This document shows positions 46,901 through 60,940 of a DNA stretch of 64,000 nucleotides, in pieces; positions within the stretch are counted from its first letter, which is position 1, and each line of letters begins with the position of its first letter. A model generated the notes under the pieces. The model was not told where the DNA came from, searched no databases, and was given only the letters and a program-made list of their open reading frames with translations. Source of the DNA: Rhina ancylostomus (Eukaryota). The stretch is from NCBI GenBank assembly GCA_030265395.1, contig JARFYF010000001.1, positions 39,884,062-39,948,061 on the forward strand, written 5' to 3'. The position numbers and the translations under genes are program-made.

Positions 46901-48309
46901 AAAGTGCAACTGAAAAAGAGGACTTATTGCATCCCACAGCAAAGGATTTGCTGACAGAAAAAAAACTCATGGCAAGTGTACAAACTGCTTTTGTTGTCAT
47001 GGCACCACTTTCCTGCCTTACTAAATTTCTTACATCCTACATAAACTGATTATTCTCAGGAGGTTTTCAGACCCAACTCACTCCACCCACCAGCAGCCTC
47101 AGCCAGCATGTGATAGCTCCTCACACCCCCATGTTCCATTACTCACAGCTCTCCAGAGCCATGTACAAAAACACAGTTCAGCTATTGTTTTACAATGTTG
47201 GAAAATGGCAACCCTCCTTTCCCCAGCTGTTAAAGGATTTTCTGGTTCTAAACAGCCTCTATAAAGAGACCCAACTCTGTGTTTCATTCTCAAGATTACT
47301 GCTTTGCTGTGTAATTTCCTGTCAAACAGGCTGCATTTAAGGCGAGCAAACCAGGGTATAGTTCAACTATTAAACATCTAAGGGAAAAACTGACCGAAGA
47401 GATGACGCAGACAAAGTTTATGCACTGAAGCGTGCGCAGGGCAGACATGTGCTTTATCACAGAAAACTCATACAAGTGTCATCAAGCTACTTTGATAAGA
47501 AATAAGCTCGAGGGATGCCTTGCACTTCAAAAGTGCATTTTGAATATAAATCAACTATGATGTAGTATACCACATTGTAGACATTTAGTTTTATTACTTG
47601 CGGTAATGTGCATTTTTAAAAAATGCATCCTTGGTCTACTTTTTGGAAGAATTTTGAAACACAGTTGGTAGAGAATCATTATAACTTAAATTGCTGCTGA
47701 AATTCATTTGCATGTGCAAAAATCTCCAAGAACCAGAGCAACTGGTCAATATAATACACTGCTATTGTTTCATTTCTTTTCTTTCACATACTTAAGAGCA
47801 TTTTGGCAGGCTCTAGTTCATAGAGAGTAGGGTAGATGGTAAAACAGTAAAGACATTCAGTCCTCCATTTGTGGGGAACCCCGTTTAAAATAATTTACAC
47901 TGATTTCTACAACAGTATAATTTGATAATAATAGTAAAAATATTAATAATTTAACTAGTTTTGGGTACAGAAATACACAGAATGTCTCAAAACTCCTCAC
48001 CAAGATAATGTTCACAACTTGAAGGAACAAATCTGCAGAATTTTATAATTTCAGTCCAGAGCCCTGGCTAGTTTTATGGCAAGGGACTGATTCAGCAAAA
48101 GTAATTGCATTGCACTGAGAAGATGGCAAAACACACAAAACATAACTGACTTGTGGCATTTTCCACATAACCAAGTTACTGTGTTGGTTCAACCACTGGA
48201 CTTGCATTGCATAATTCATGCAAGCTCTGTCCAAACATACCCAAAGTGCATGAAGGCAACTCTTAAGATGCTGTACAAAGAAAGCAAAAAATTACAGGAG
48301 GACATTTGG

Positions 48310-48730
48310 CTCACTATTTTTGCCAGCTGTTTGAGAGCCATCTGCAGTTCTCAGTCCGTAGCCTGATAAAGTTATCACTCTTCAAGTGTTCATGCATAAT
48401 ATTTTAAATATGTTCAGAGCATCTGTCTCCTCACTCTTTCAAGCAGCGAGTTCCAGATCACCATTACTTTGAATGTAAACATTTTTTCTCAAATGGCCTT
48501 TAATCCTATTAAAAATTAAGTTATATTTCTGTCCATTAGTTATTGACTCTCTGCTAAGGAAAACAGGTTCTTCAGGCTTACTATTTGGTCTTCAAATTTT
48601 GTACATCTCGACAAACTCTCCTTGCTCCAGAGAAAATAATATAGCCAATCTCTCCTCATTGCTAAATCTTCCAATCTGCCATCATCTTTATAAATATCCT
48701 CTGTATTTTCTCTAATGCTATCACAAAGCT
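48310..48730 (-). mobile_element. Old CR1 fragment
   Basis: ttcaagcagcgagttccagatcacc...ccttgctccagagaaaata...tcctctgtattttctc. Confidence 0.6.
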
Positions 48731-50419
48731 TGATCTTCTCAATGGGTCAAACCACAAAAAATAACCTATAATCACATTTTAGGCTTTACATGAACAGTGG
48801 GTCCATTCTGTGTTGAGACCCTCATTAAAAGTTTTCAATGGGAAAAGCCAAATAGCATGAGACCATTTATATGTGCTACAGGTCCCACCACCCATTTAAT
48901 GAACTATTAATAAAAGGCAAAAATGTGAAATCTGCACAGTCACATAAATAATTAAACCACATGGAACTTTGATCAGACGCAATGCCTTGGAAAAATCTGC
49001 TGTCACACAAAGTTGTACATATTTTCATTAGCTGGCTATGGAAATGTTCCCTCTACTTACTTCTAAAAGCCTCATTACCTGGGAAAATGGAATATCCAAG
49101 CTAAGGTTTAAAGTATCTTGTCAGGGGCATAGTATCCTCAATCCCTTCCTTGATTACGACAGAGGAAGAGCACCAGCAAACCTTTGACATGCTAGCAAAT
49201 AACCTCAACTGATAAAATTTTCATAGTGTTGGATCCATTGCAAAAAGTTTAAATTTTAAAAATGATCAGCCCTGATTCAGGAACTATATATCCTAACACT
49301 TCTGGCCTCTGGCTACGAAGACAAATTTGACAATCTTTGGTGTGTCCGACCCAGGGTCTAACACAGAGTCAGGCTGCTCTGCCAGTTTGCCTATTTCTCA
49401 ATGTATTCCATAGCTTACTGGTGTGACCCAATATATGTGGCAACCAGTTAGCTTGCTGTGCTTTAGATGTAATAAGGCAAAGAGCCAAAAAATGCCTAGA
49501 GTAATGACCCTGAAATAGAAAATCAAGAAGGGAGAGAAAGAGAAGATGGTGAGTGGAAAAGGAATTGGAAGCAGCAATTGGCTAACATCCTGCAAGTTTG
49601 AGGAAGGATGGTAGAAGAAAGACAAAGGGGAAGAAAAAAAGGAAAAGAGAAAAGTGCAGAAGGACAGGGAAGAACAAGAGAGATAGTAATTTAGAGGGGC
49701 AGAGAGTAAAAAGGCAATGTCAGGATTAACTGGGGAAGGACAAGCCAACTTGAACTGATACGGCAGGTAAGGAAGAACTAGTTTTGACATGGGCTCCACA
49801 AGTACCTATTGGAACTTGACTGGAGGAAGATAAGAGTGCTAGCACAAACTGGGAGAATTGGTGGGGGATTATGCGTCTGTGAAAGGGGTACAGTATCCAA
49901 GTTCTCTGGAGAATGTGCACTGACCCTTGACTAGAAGTAGTCATACTTGAATGTGGAAAATGACAACTGAGATTATGTTTAGTTTATCCTAGAAAGATAT
50001 CATGTTTTATTCTGACATTTTTACAAAGTTAACAATGTGTGAAGTTACCCAGACTGCATTATAATTTACAAATTCAACCTTTTCCAATACATTATGCTCA
50101 TCGAATTCCTTTAACCCACCCACCAGAATTGTGATTGCTTCTTTGACATCTGCATTTCCCCCTATGAGCTTTTGGACGTATCTTTCACCTCCCATGAAAC
50201 TGAATGCTTGCAATACCTAAAGATTTAAGTTACAGGCCTCTGAAAGTATTTGTTTTCATGTGTCATTGATCACTCTCAAGTTGTCATCTTTTGGGCACTG
50301 TGCCAGTTTACCAACAGTGAGGATGAGAACAACGAACTGCCCACATGCTTCCATATGGCTTTATCGTTCAAAACTTGCAAGAGCATTGACATGTTTTTGT
50401 TTAAAGTATGGCACAGGCT

Positions 50420-52300
50420 ATGAAGAATAATACAATAGAAGAGGAGATTTCTTAGCCCATTGGGCCTAGCAGAAAATATTCTACCACTAGTCCCACCACT
50501 CTTTTCCTTTCTCTTATTTATGCTCTAAAAAGAAAGTTATTAGATCTGCTTTCATCTCACAAATAGGTATTTGGACGAACTATAGGCTACAGACCAAGAG
50601 TTTGTTACACATTCTTTGGCCAGCACTGACACAATTGGCAGAATAGCCTCTTGTATGCCACAATTGTCTGTCATCAGATCACAGCAACTCACAATGTGTA
50701 TTGTTTCCTTCATGATGCTTCTGGTTCTTAAACCTGATTTCTCTTATAACACAGCAAACTCTCCAAACAGCTGGTCTTATCCAAGTCCTTCATCATTTTG
50801 AACACTTCTCTACATCTCGCCTTTGGAATAGAGAAGTTTGGGAGATCTAGTCTATATATATGAAGGAATCATTTTATCACAGGTGGTATCTCCTCTGACA
50901 TCTCTTTAAAACATCAGAACTTCTTCTGGAGGTGATGGAATTTACCAGAATAGACCAGCTGGACACCCATCACAAGCAGCACTGGTCCCAACATAAACCC
51001 TCAGCAACTCCAGAGTCCACTTCCCACCAGAATGAAAAAAAACACTTCAGTCTCTGTCTTCCAGCTTACTCTGCATCCACACAGTCCCTAGTGGTTTTAC
51101 TAATGTCAATACAGAGTTATGTAAAAGTAGATTTTGAAAGTCCAGATGAACCGCTCCAACCATGTTGTTCTCAGTAATACTTTCAATTACTCCAAAAGAA
51201 CATCCAATTGGCCAAACCTTATTTCACTGTAACAGATCAATGTTGGCTTTCATTTATTAATACATATTTTTCTAATTGGCAGTTGTGATTATGATTGTCT
51301 CCACATTTCCCTGAACCAGTTCCAACACGATTTCCTTCCTTGTTGGACTGGAAAGATACTGATCATGAAAGTTCTCCAGCATAAATTTCTGGAATCCCTC
51401 CCCCTCTGTGCTCTTTACATTTGTTATTTCCCACTGCTACCACCCCCGCCATGTAGGTCGTTCAACTTTCTGCAACTTGCCCAAAACACTGCTACTTTAT
51501 TTCCTTCCCACTTATAGGGGGCACAATGTAGTCCACCCGACACCTCTTGCCCTCCAGCTGCACAATAGATTTCCAGAAGAAAATAGATTAACTTTCACGA
51601 ACCAGCACAACAACGTTTTCCAGAGCTGTTACAATTGTCTGGTTCAGCAGTGCTGTTTCCACCACATTTCTGTATTTCACCATCTTTGCTGAATACCACC
51701 TAGCCACAATTAGATGTGTTCAAATCTCTCTTCTTATACGGAGATCTCCTGTATTGCTACTGTATCATACTCTCACTTGGCTACTTGCACCTGCAGCTCA
51801 TCAACTTTACCAAGCAACTTCCAAGCTATTTATGCAGCCAAAACTCATTTTAGTTTGCATCACATTGCACACCGCACCCACAGTCAGATGCTTCCAGTTT
51901 CACACAAACTCCATATTCCAATACTGTCTCTCTCTTAGTCCTCCGTTAGACTTCATGTTGGTGCCATGACAAATTAGATTAAGCCATCCCTCTTTACACG
52001 GACACTGACCCTGTGTACAGATCTCTACCTCCCCAGGAACCTAAAGTTCAAAACTCTTGTGCAAACTCTCCAGCCACAAATTCTTGTAGTCTCTTAATGC
52101 TCCAGCACAGAGCATGACCAAGTGGCACCTGAAGTAATCCAGAGATTACTACCTTCATTAACTTCTTCACTCTGACATTGTTTGGATGGCACCTGGGTCA
52201 TTGGTTCCAATGTGGACCACAACTTCTTTACCCACCATAAAATATCCTGCACCCATTTAACGATGCCCTTAACCCTGGCACCAGGAGGCCACAGAGCACA
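50420..52300 (-). mobile_element. Heavily deleted CR1 element including an ORF1 SGNH-esterase fragment (~52180-52300)
   Basis: Minus strand gives WPPGARVKGIVKWVQDIL (CLPGARV motif) and, in a shifted frame, VVHIGTND. CR1 3' motifs occur near 50430-50900. Confidence 0.65.
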
Positions 52301-55300
52301 CAAGGTGCATGGCTGTGGCTGAAGTCACTTCTAGTCGATATACCACCATCTCCAAGCATTTCAGAAAATTAGGCCTTCATCCTATTAATAAAGCATGTTA
52401 CACAAAAAGAGAAATTATGTTACTTACATTGAAAACAAAATTGAAGAGAATACTTGAGGTTTTTTTCTTCTATTTAGCTGATACAAAAGATTGCATTTAT
52501 ATATTACATCACGCTGACTGCAATCTATAGAACTACTGACCAGTTGTTCCCAAAGGCATAGTAAACTGTTTCACATAAATTTGACATCATAGCTCATCCC
52601 TAAATCGTATCATGTTATCTCAGATATTATTTTATATTATTTCTCCTTTTTCAGATGATTGCGCCTTAAGACCTTTTTCCTTAATATTCAAGTTTCATAT
52701 TTCCAACATGATGAGTTGATGGTTCTTTTAAGAAAAGGTTTTTCCAGTGCATAATGTGTTTCTCCAGGTCTTTCAAGAATTCCTTGCCCTCCACTGCCCA
52801 AGGATTGGCCAAATTTGCTTTTCCCCCCCACACCCCCACTTCCACTTCTTCTATCTTTACCTAGAGTGCCAGAAACCACCATGGGTTCTTCTTACCCTCC
52901 CTAGGACATCCAGCCCTCCAACAATTTCCACCAGCAATGATTTACACTGAGTGATTAAGTGACTGAGGTTTAAAGCAGTTATAAATCCCACTTTGACTCC
53001 TGCACCACAGTTTTGTGCTCATGACTGTAACTCTAATGACTATGAAGGAACCATTTGGTCTGGGTCTTGAGAAGTGTGCAACCGAAAGTGAATGACAGCT
53101 TACACTCAGTAATAGGCAAGACTTTGGCCAGAGATCAAGACATGGAATGGAGAAAGGCCCACAGGAAAAAACAGTAGACAGATTCAAAAGAGAGTTTGAG
53201 TCTGAGGAGACAGATTAAAGAACTACAGAAGGTTCAAACTAAATGTCAACTACATTAGGTCCAGAGGATTGGGTCAGTGTTGTGTGAGCAACCCAAGGGT
53301 TTGCCAATTAACGTGCTGGTGTTGAATTAGTGGAATCACAACAGGAAGTCAAAAAAAGTGCAGATAGAAGCAAAATAAAATCACTCATCTGGAGACATCA
53401 ACATCGGTACAAATGAGGTGGAAATATTTTTTTCAGACAGTCATAGGTCAGTTACGTTGCCTTAAATGAAATCTAATTTACAGAAAAAAATTTGGTTCAT
53501 CCAGCAGTAATTGCATTATGCTTTACAAATTCTTAACCTTGTTAAACAGGGTCAAGTTGTCACCAATGCAGACAAGCCTGCTGACAAACCTCAAAGAATC
53601 ATCTGACAGCCTGCTCAGCTCAGCTCACCACACCACATCACATAACAGTTTTGCACAGACCTAACTGCTGTCTTGTCAGGACTCCAGGAAAGCAATGGAA
53701 TACAACAGATACATTCAAAGCTAATCATGTAAGTGTGAACAGTCAGTTTCCATATCGCAATAAAGGGACGTATTTTGATTAGACCGGAGACCACAGACAA
53801 AGTTGCCTGGCTACTGTACATTTGCAGGACCATTCATTAGCACATAACATTCCAGTACAGCAAAACCACTAAGGTAGAAGTGCAGCGCTGAGATCCCAAT
53901 ATTTGAAAAGGTTCTGATAAGTTAATGAACTTTCAATTACTGACAGTCACTGCTTCTAGGTCTTTGAGTCATTAGTGCATTGAGATGTTCTAATCCCTTA
54001 ATTTTCCCAAATGAGGCAGGTGGCCTTGCAGCTGAGCGAGGAATTAACAAAGATTACTCAGAGCTCCAGGCTGACAGGTGTCATTTGCAATGTAATTGCC
54101 AAAATACAGATTGATACCTTAATCTTACACCAGTAAAGAAAACCTTTAAAAAAAAGTACTGAGATAATTACTGTTGGAAAAGTTACCAGTAAGTCCTTTT
54201 CTCCAAGCACACATTTGCAAGAATGCTTATCAAAATCTTTAAGATGTGGTAATTTAATATTTTCTGAAGAAGTGTTTTTGTTTTTATTTCACTGGATCAT
54301 ATAAACAATATCTAAACAGTAATGTAGATTACTCAATTGTGCCAGCTCCCTGAGACAAGCTAAATCTCCAGCAAATACCTATTTGGTTGTCAAGATTTCC
54401 TTAGGGATCCTACAATGAGTAGGCGTACAGTGGTAGGAACTGTGTATTTAATAAATTAACCAAATTGTAGTGATTGTAAAGCAAACATGTAAGAATTCAT
54501 TAAAACTCAGTGATAATCCTTTAAGCAGATGCTGGGATAATAGAAGGATGATCAGGACAAAAAAATTATCAACCTCTGGTCTTGAGTCAGTCTCATTCTT
54601 ATTCATTACCGAGAAGTTATTTGATCAATGGATTATTGATAGATTGTAACTGGAGCTTTGTGGTAGCATTCCTACATCAGTGTCAGAAGGTGGCAGGTTC
54701 AGACCCCATTCTGGGGCTCTGTATTAATCTTTGTTAACCCCTCACAGAGAACTGGAATTGGTTTCTTATTGTCACTTGTAGCAAGAGGCTGGTTTTCTGG
54801 CTCTGACTCATGGACAAACATCTGGCTGGTAAATGCCAGTGGCTGTCCCTCAAAGTGACCGTCATGCATTTCCTTACCGAGCTAGTAAATTTAAGCAAAG
54901 AATTGTGTGCTAGCTTTATTGAGACATGCTTGCTTTCTAAACCAACTATGGCAGTCCAAAGCACAATCCTCTTCATGACAAACTCATTTCAAACAAAGAC
55001 ATAGAGATGCTCTTTTTCCCCATGAAAGAGGGTTGTGAATGAGTCCAAATGGGATAGGGATGACAACTGTTCTAACTTGTTGCATGCATGTGCCTGTCTG
55101 CGAAAGTCAAACTGCATCAGTTTTAGGCCGTCATAGAAGATGACTCATGGCAACTGAAGAAATGGATTGTCTGCCTGATAAATGGCGCATTTCATTTTAC
55201 TGCAAAATACAAACATCATTTTGTTGAAGTGTATTCCACTCTTAGTCATGAAATTTCCACTGTATTTTGACTTTCATACATTTCTATGCTCTATTCTGGA

Positions 55301-55964
55301 GACTTCAAATTAGAGTGCTTAAAATAAAGACAAAACCCTATGGGTCTGGAACCCTAACCCTTTTATCTATGTATTTTCAAAACAGAATAAAGCTTACTCT
55401 CTGTAACACTTTTACTCAGTATTATAATATAAAATTTTCTCAATATTTTCTTCCCTCTTTCCCTACACACACACACAATTTGTGTCACAGGTATATTGCA
55501 GGGATGACAAGTGACAGTCATATGAAGTAACTGTTTAAAAAAGAACAGCACATTTTAAGGATAGGCCATTTTCCATAACTGCTCCATCAGCACAACAATC
55601 TGCAATATCTTGAAACCAAAACCATCCAAAAGTACTTTCTTAAATGGGACAAAATATAGATAAAAAGGAATAATACTAAGCCAATCTCGATGCTTGATAG
55701 AAAGTCTGTGAAAGTTATGGAATTTGAGAACAATCTTAGAGGTGGAGGAAAAACTTGATAGGAAATGCACTTTAAGGAATGAATTCTGGAAGAGTCTGAT
55801 CCATGGTGGCTCATGTCTGTTTCCAACTGCAATCCAGAAGGGAGGACTTCACAGAGATGAGATTCCAAAGATTGCTGGGTATGGGTGGATATACAAGGCT
55901 GGAGGAACTGGACCTATGATGGGTGCAAAGCAATTTGAAGAATTTTATCAGATTTATATCCAAC

Positions 55965-56355
55965 CTGAAACAAAACCTGAAAATGCTGGGAATAAATCAG
56001 CAGGTCAGGTAGCATTTCTAGAAATGGCCACATTGAAAAAGTTGTGCTCCTCTCTCCCACAGGATTTCACCTGTTCTTTTTGACTTGTTCATTGTTTTGA
56101 CCATTTTGTGGTTCCCTTCTTGCCTTAAATAAGGTCTGAACCAGAACTCACTTCCACGGCTAAATGTCTCCAACTTGCCCCCATATGGATTCCAGCTAAA
56201 CTTTCACAATTTGGGTGCACCCAGGATGAGAGGTATATTCAAACTATCTGGAGAAAAGCCTTTGACCCAAAACGTTCATTCTCTTTTTCCTTTTACAGAT
56301 GCTGCCTTTTCCAGCATTTTCTGTTATTGCTTCAAATTTCCAGCAACTGCACATT
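55965..56355. mobile_element. Decayed inverted Penelope-like ends
   Basis: aaaatgctgggaataaatcagcaggtcaggtagcat at left; tgacccaaaacgtt...acagatgctgcc...tccagcattttctg at right. Confidence 0.6.
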
Positions 56356-56617
56356 GTTAATTATCCATTTAAATTAATCTGTTGGAAAATGGGTAACTAG
56401 AGGTCAGTTTACAGATGATACTTAGGGAAGGTGAAGGTTGGATTAATCAAAGATTATGGACTATCTAGGCATGAAACCAACACTAAGAAATTGAAACTCA
56501 GTGGGCTGGGACCTGAAGATAAATTGCACAAGGTTGTGTCTATTTTTTCATGATATTTTTCCTGGAAAAGCAGCACTTGTTAAACTTAAGCCACAGTTTG
56601 ATCACTTTAAGAGTTTG

Positions 56618-56822
56618 GCAGCATGGTTAAGTCACTGAACAAGCATCTAGAGGCCTGAAGTATTCACCAGGAGACACAAGTTCAAGTCCTACCATGGCAG
56701 TTGGGAAACTTATATTCAAGGAATTCAGGATTAAAAATCTGTTGCCAGCAATGAAAACAATGAATCCACCAGATTGTTGCAAAAACTGAGGGAGGAGATC
56801 TGCCATTTTACACAATCTGGCC
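56618..56822 (+). mobile_element. tRNA-derived SINE (second family), 5' part, running into a gap
   Basis: agttcaagtcctaccatggcag (B-box-like) and ggagatctgccattttacacaatctggcc. Reverse homologue at 58850-59140. Confidence 0.6.
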
Positions 56823-58429
56823 NNNNNNNNNNNNNNNNNNNNNNNNNNNNNNNNNNNNNNNNNNNNNNNNNNNNNNNNNNNNNNNNNNNNNNNNNNNNNN
56901 NNNNNNNNNNNNNNNNNNNNNNNNNNNNNNNNNNNNNNNNNNNNNNNNNNNNNNNNNNNNNNNNNNNNNNNNNNNNNNNNNNNNNNNNNNNNNNNNNNNN
57001 NNNNNNNNNNNNNNNNNNNNNNNNNNNNNNNNNNNNNNNNNNNNNNNNNNNNNNNNNNNNNNNNNNNNNNNNNNNNNNNNNNNNNNNNNNNNNNNNNNNN
57101 NNNNNNNNNNNNNNNNNNNNNNNNNNNNNNNNNNNNNNNNNNNNNNNNNNNNNNNNNNNNNNNNNNNNNNNNNNNNNNNNNNNNNNNNNNNNNNNNNNNN
57201 NNNNNNNNNNNNNNNNNNNNNNNNNNNNNNNNNNNNNNNNNNNNNNNNNNNNNNNNNNNNNNNNNNNNNNNNNNNNNNNNNNNNTTATCTAACTCCTACA
57301 TATTTAATGTCAGAATAAATATTCTAGCGCACTTTTAATGGGAATGAGGAACCACAGTACATTTAGACCCTCAACGCTCAATCTTTCGCTGAAGCACTAA
57401 ATATGACAGATCACTTGTTTTAACCACTTTCATCAATGATCTAGTAATCATGTTAGTTGTGAAAATGCAACTGCCATTAGCATATCAGATAAACCTGCAC
57501 ATACAGCCAATCACTCAAGAATCTAGAAGTGAGGTAAATAATGATCATAAATGCAATCAGTTAGCAACTTAACTGCCTTTGTATACCATGTCTTTTCTAG
57601 GTCGGTACTTTCCTACCTGCCTAATGAATGCAACCATGCAGCAAGTTATCCAGTAACCAAATTAACAGTTAAAAACACCTGAAGGCCATTAGTGTAATCC
57701 CAAACATGACTCAGCCTTCAATGTTTGTAGTTTATTACATTTCCCCAGTTAGTTCACACAGAAGGAAATCATGACTAGGAGCAAAGTAAGAATTGTATCA
57801 CTGATGAACCAGCTCAAATATCTAAACCACAAAAACAACAGGCAATATTATTGGTATTACTGGCTGTTGTGGAGATCGGAACAGAAAGTTTAAAAAAAGT
57901 GGCTGAATATTTAGGAAAGCTCTTATGGGTGGAATTCTGGATAGTAGAGGGACAGTGTGTACTGGGAGATCATCCACTTCAGATTCAAGACAAACAAATC
58001 AGAATATTTTCTTGATGAGAAATTAGGGGCTATAAAAGAATAACAGAGTTCTAGATGCATACAGTTCACTAAAAATGTGTTTACAGCTCCTAAAAATTAA
58101 CTGAAAATGTTAATCTTTATCTCAAGGAGGCTGGAATTTCAAACCAAGACTTTAGTAATGCACTTGTGCAGATTCTATTTGGAGCCATGTAGAAGGTGCT
58201 GAACACTGGGATGACAGTAAAGATTCAGCAGACTATTAAAGTGCTTAAAAAGGATAAACATATGTGAGGTTGCAGAAATGAATTAGTACCCCACTAATTT
58301 TAAGGTTGATCAAATCAAGATGTTTAAAATGCTCTGCTGGGCCATTACTGCCTGTCTGCTCCCAGCCTTCAGGTGCAAGTCACCATGCATCTGACTCTTC
58401 ACATTCTGAATGGATATTTCTCTGGAGAT

Positions 58430-58832
58430 ATAGAGCATAACAGTACAAAATGTTGTGCTGAAATTTTATCCTGCTCTATTATCTATCTTACCCTTCACTC
58501 CCATGTAGTCCTCCATTTTTCTATTCACGTGGCTATTTAAGAGTCTCTTAAACGTCCCTAATGTATCTGCCCCCACAACCTCTGCCAGCAGTACATTCCA
58601 TGCACCCACCACTCTGTGTAAAAAAATTACCTCTAATGTCCCCCTTATACCTTCTTCCAATCTCCTTAAAATTATTGCCCCTCATGTTAGCCATTTTCGC
58701 CCTGGGAAAAAGCCTCTGACTGTCCACTCAATCTATGCCTCTTATCATCTAGTACACCTCTATCAAGTCACCTCTCATCCTCCTTCTCTATAAAGAGAAA
58801 AGCCCTAGCTCACTCAACCTATCCTCATAAGA
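58430..58832 (-). mobile_element. CR1 LINE 3' fragment (relatively young)
   Basis: ORF 58466..58660 FLHRVVGAWNVLLAEVVGADTLGTFKRLLNSHVN is the CR1 ORF2 C-terminus. Confidence 0.88.
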
Positions 58833-58849
58833 CTATGTATTTTTTCCCC

Positions 58850-59140
58850 ACATTTTTCTGGACGTGGACACCACTGAAAATGCCAGCATTTAATATTCAT
58901 GTTAATTGTCCCTGAACTGATATAGTTAAGATCCAACCACATTGATGCACATGAAGTCACATGAAAGGTCAGAACGGGTAAGAATGACCATTTTATCCCC
59001 TGAAAAACCAGATAGGTTTTTGTGACAATACACTAACTTTGTGGTTGTCATCACTGAGATTTGATTTTGCAATCTAAATATTTGAATTGAACCTCCCCAG
59101 CTGCCACAGTGGAATGTGAATTCATGTCTCTGGCTCTAGA
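58850..59140 (-). mobile_element. tRNA-derived SINE (second family) whose tail resembles the CR1-like LINE 3' end
   Basis: gccagcatttaatattcatgttaattgtccctgaa resembles the 26905-26940 LINE end; head cagctgccacagtggaatgtgaa. Confidence 0.6.
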
Positions 59141-59629
59141 AATACACTAGCGAGTGAGCAAAGAGCCAGGAGATGCACAAAGAATACCAGGGCTCACTTC
59201 ACAGTTGGAGAGTAAGAAGAAAGTAAAAGCCTAAAAGGGAATAAAATTTTCAATTTGTACACTTGGACTGTGACATGCACACTGGTGCTAATAAAGATAT
59301 GAACCTTGTGCACTTTAGGGAATTCAAGCATGACTGGTAATTAAGGTAAAAGTGATGGTTTAGCTCTGGGATCTGAATCAAGTCTCAAGTTCTACTGAAA
59401 AGTTGGCCAATGCAAGGGAAGATTGGTGTGGTGAGTTATAACACACAAATTGAAATTTGTAACAAAGAACAAGAATAAAAAACTTTTACACAACTAGATT
59501 TCATGACTTCAAGAACATCCCAGCCACTCCACAGTGGATGAACTATTTTTGGAGCATCATCATCACTGGCAAAGAAGGGAAACTTGCAGCTAATTTGGAT
59601 GCAGTAAGGTTCTGCTCACAACAATCAAC

Positions 59630-59909
59630 ACAAGAAAATAGGAGCAAGTAGTAAGCTACCAGGCTGCTCAAGTCTACCCTGCCATTCAATATGATCATTG
59701 TTGATCTATGGCCTCGATTCCTCTTCTGTGCCAGTCCCCATCATTGGTATTGGTTTATTATTGTCACTTGTACCAAGGTACAGTGAAAAGCTCGCCTTAC
59801 AAACCGATCGTACAGGTCATCACACTCAATTCCTCAATCTTTCAAACATTTATGCAGCTCCAAATTGAATGTATCCAATGATCTGGCTTCCAACACCCTC
59901 TGGGGCAGA
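59630..59909 (-). mobile_element. CR1 3' end carrying a 74-bp Rex1/Babar-type tail insertion (59744-59817)
   Basis: Host ctgccattcaatatgatc...ccagtccccatca|insert|catcacactcaattcc; the insert begins ttggtattggtttattattgtcacttgtacc. Confidence 0.7.
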
Positions 59910-60789
59910 NNNNNNNNNNNNNNNNNNNNNNNNNNNNNNNNNNNNNNNNNNNNNNNNNNNNNNNNNNNNNNNNNNNNNNNNNNNNNNNNNNNNNNNNNNN
60001 NNNNNNNNNATTACAGAAATTCACTACTCCTCCAAGAGAAGAAACAAAGATAAAATGACCAGATACAATGACCCTGTTTAAGGAATAACCCTTGACCTGG
60101 ATTCAAGGAAAAATCTCCCACTTTTCATTGAATCATAGAACCTTGCATAGAGAACTTCATGTTATGAAGGCAAAAAAGGGCCAGTTTGATGTCCCTTTCC
60201 AATAAAAGTACCTCCAGCTGTGCAACATTTTCTCAGAATGGAACTGAAGCAACAGCCTAAACCATGTATTCAAATTTCTCAAGAGATTTGAACCTTTAGC
60301 ACTGGTACCAATTTTAATCAAGACAAAGCCAACACTGAGAAATAAATACTTTGAATTTATGATGAAATAATTAGCAGAAGTACATAATTTCACTGCTTAG
60401 TAGCAATGTGGTCATTGAGATCATTTTGAAATTGAACTATTTGATTAATAGGAAATTCATTGCAACTGTCAAAGGTGTGATAAGTAATCATTGCATAGAT
60501 ACTTTGGTCACGGACCAACCTTTGGAAAATAAAATACTGCCCGGCTCTATTGAATGTGACTTACACAACTCACTCATAACCTGTGTGAGCATGATTCTCA
60601 CCTAAAAGAAATGCTTGGCCAAATTTAAGACACGGTGGAACTCATTACAATAGCCTTCCACAATAAAAACTAATGATTTTCATACTATTGGTGTTGAACA
60701 AAAAATTTGCTATTAATTTTTAGACCTGCATCTTCATTAAATTCTGAACCTTCTATTTCAGTTCATGAGAATTGCCAGCAGAGGGGCTG

Positions 60790-60940
60790 GAATGGGAGTC
60801 AGGGATCAAGGTCCTGAATATTGGACAAGCAGTCAACCATCTGGAGGTAGTGCAGACATCAAGAGAGATGGTGATGAGGCAGAGCTGGGTGACACCACTC
60901 ATCATGGTACACTCATCGCCATGATGGGCCCGTAGACCAG
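60790..60940 (-). mobile_element. L2 LINE RT remnant
   Basis: MMSGVTQLCLITISLDVCTTSR resembles the L2 motif MYADDTQLYLTTTSLDPSTVS. Confidence 0.5.

Noticed and set aside
53615-53833. Possible alternative FMNL2 first exon (minus-strand ATG ORF ending near a GTGAG donor)
   Set aside because: The donor would be phase 1 while exon 2 starts in phase 0; there is no N-myristoylation-type MG start and no promoter evidence.
55724-56083. 119-aa ORF
   Set aside because: It appears to span a decayed reverse L2-like segment and a Penelope end; no homology recognised.
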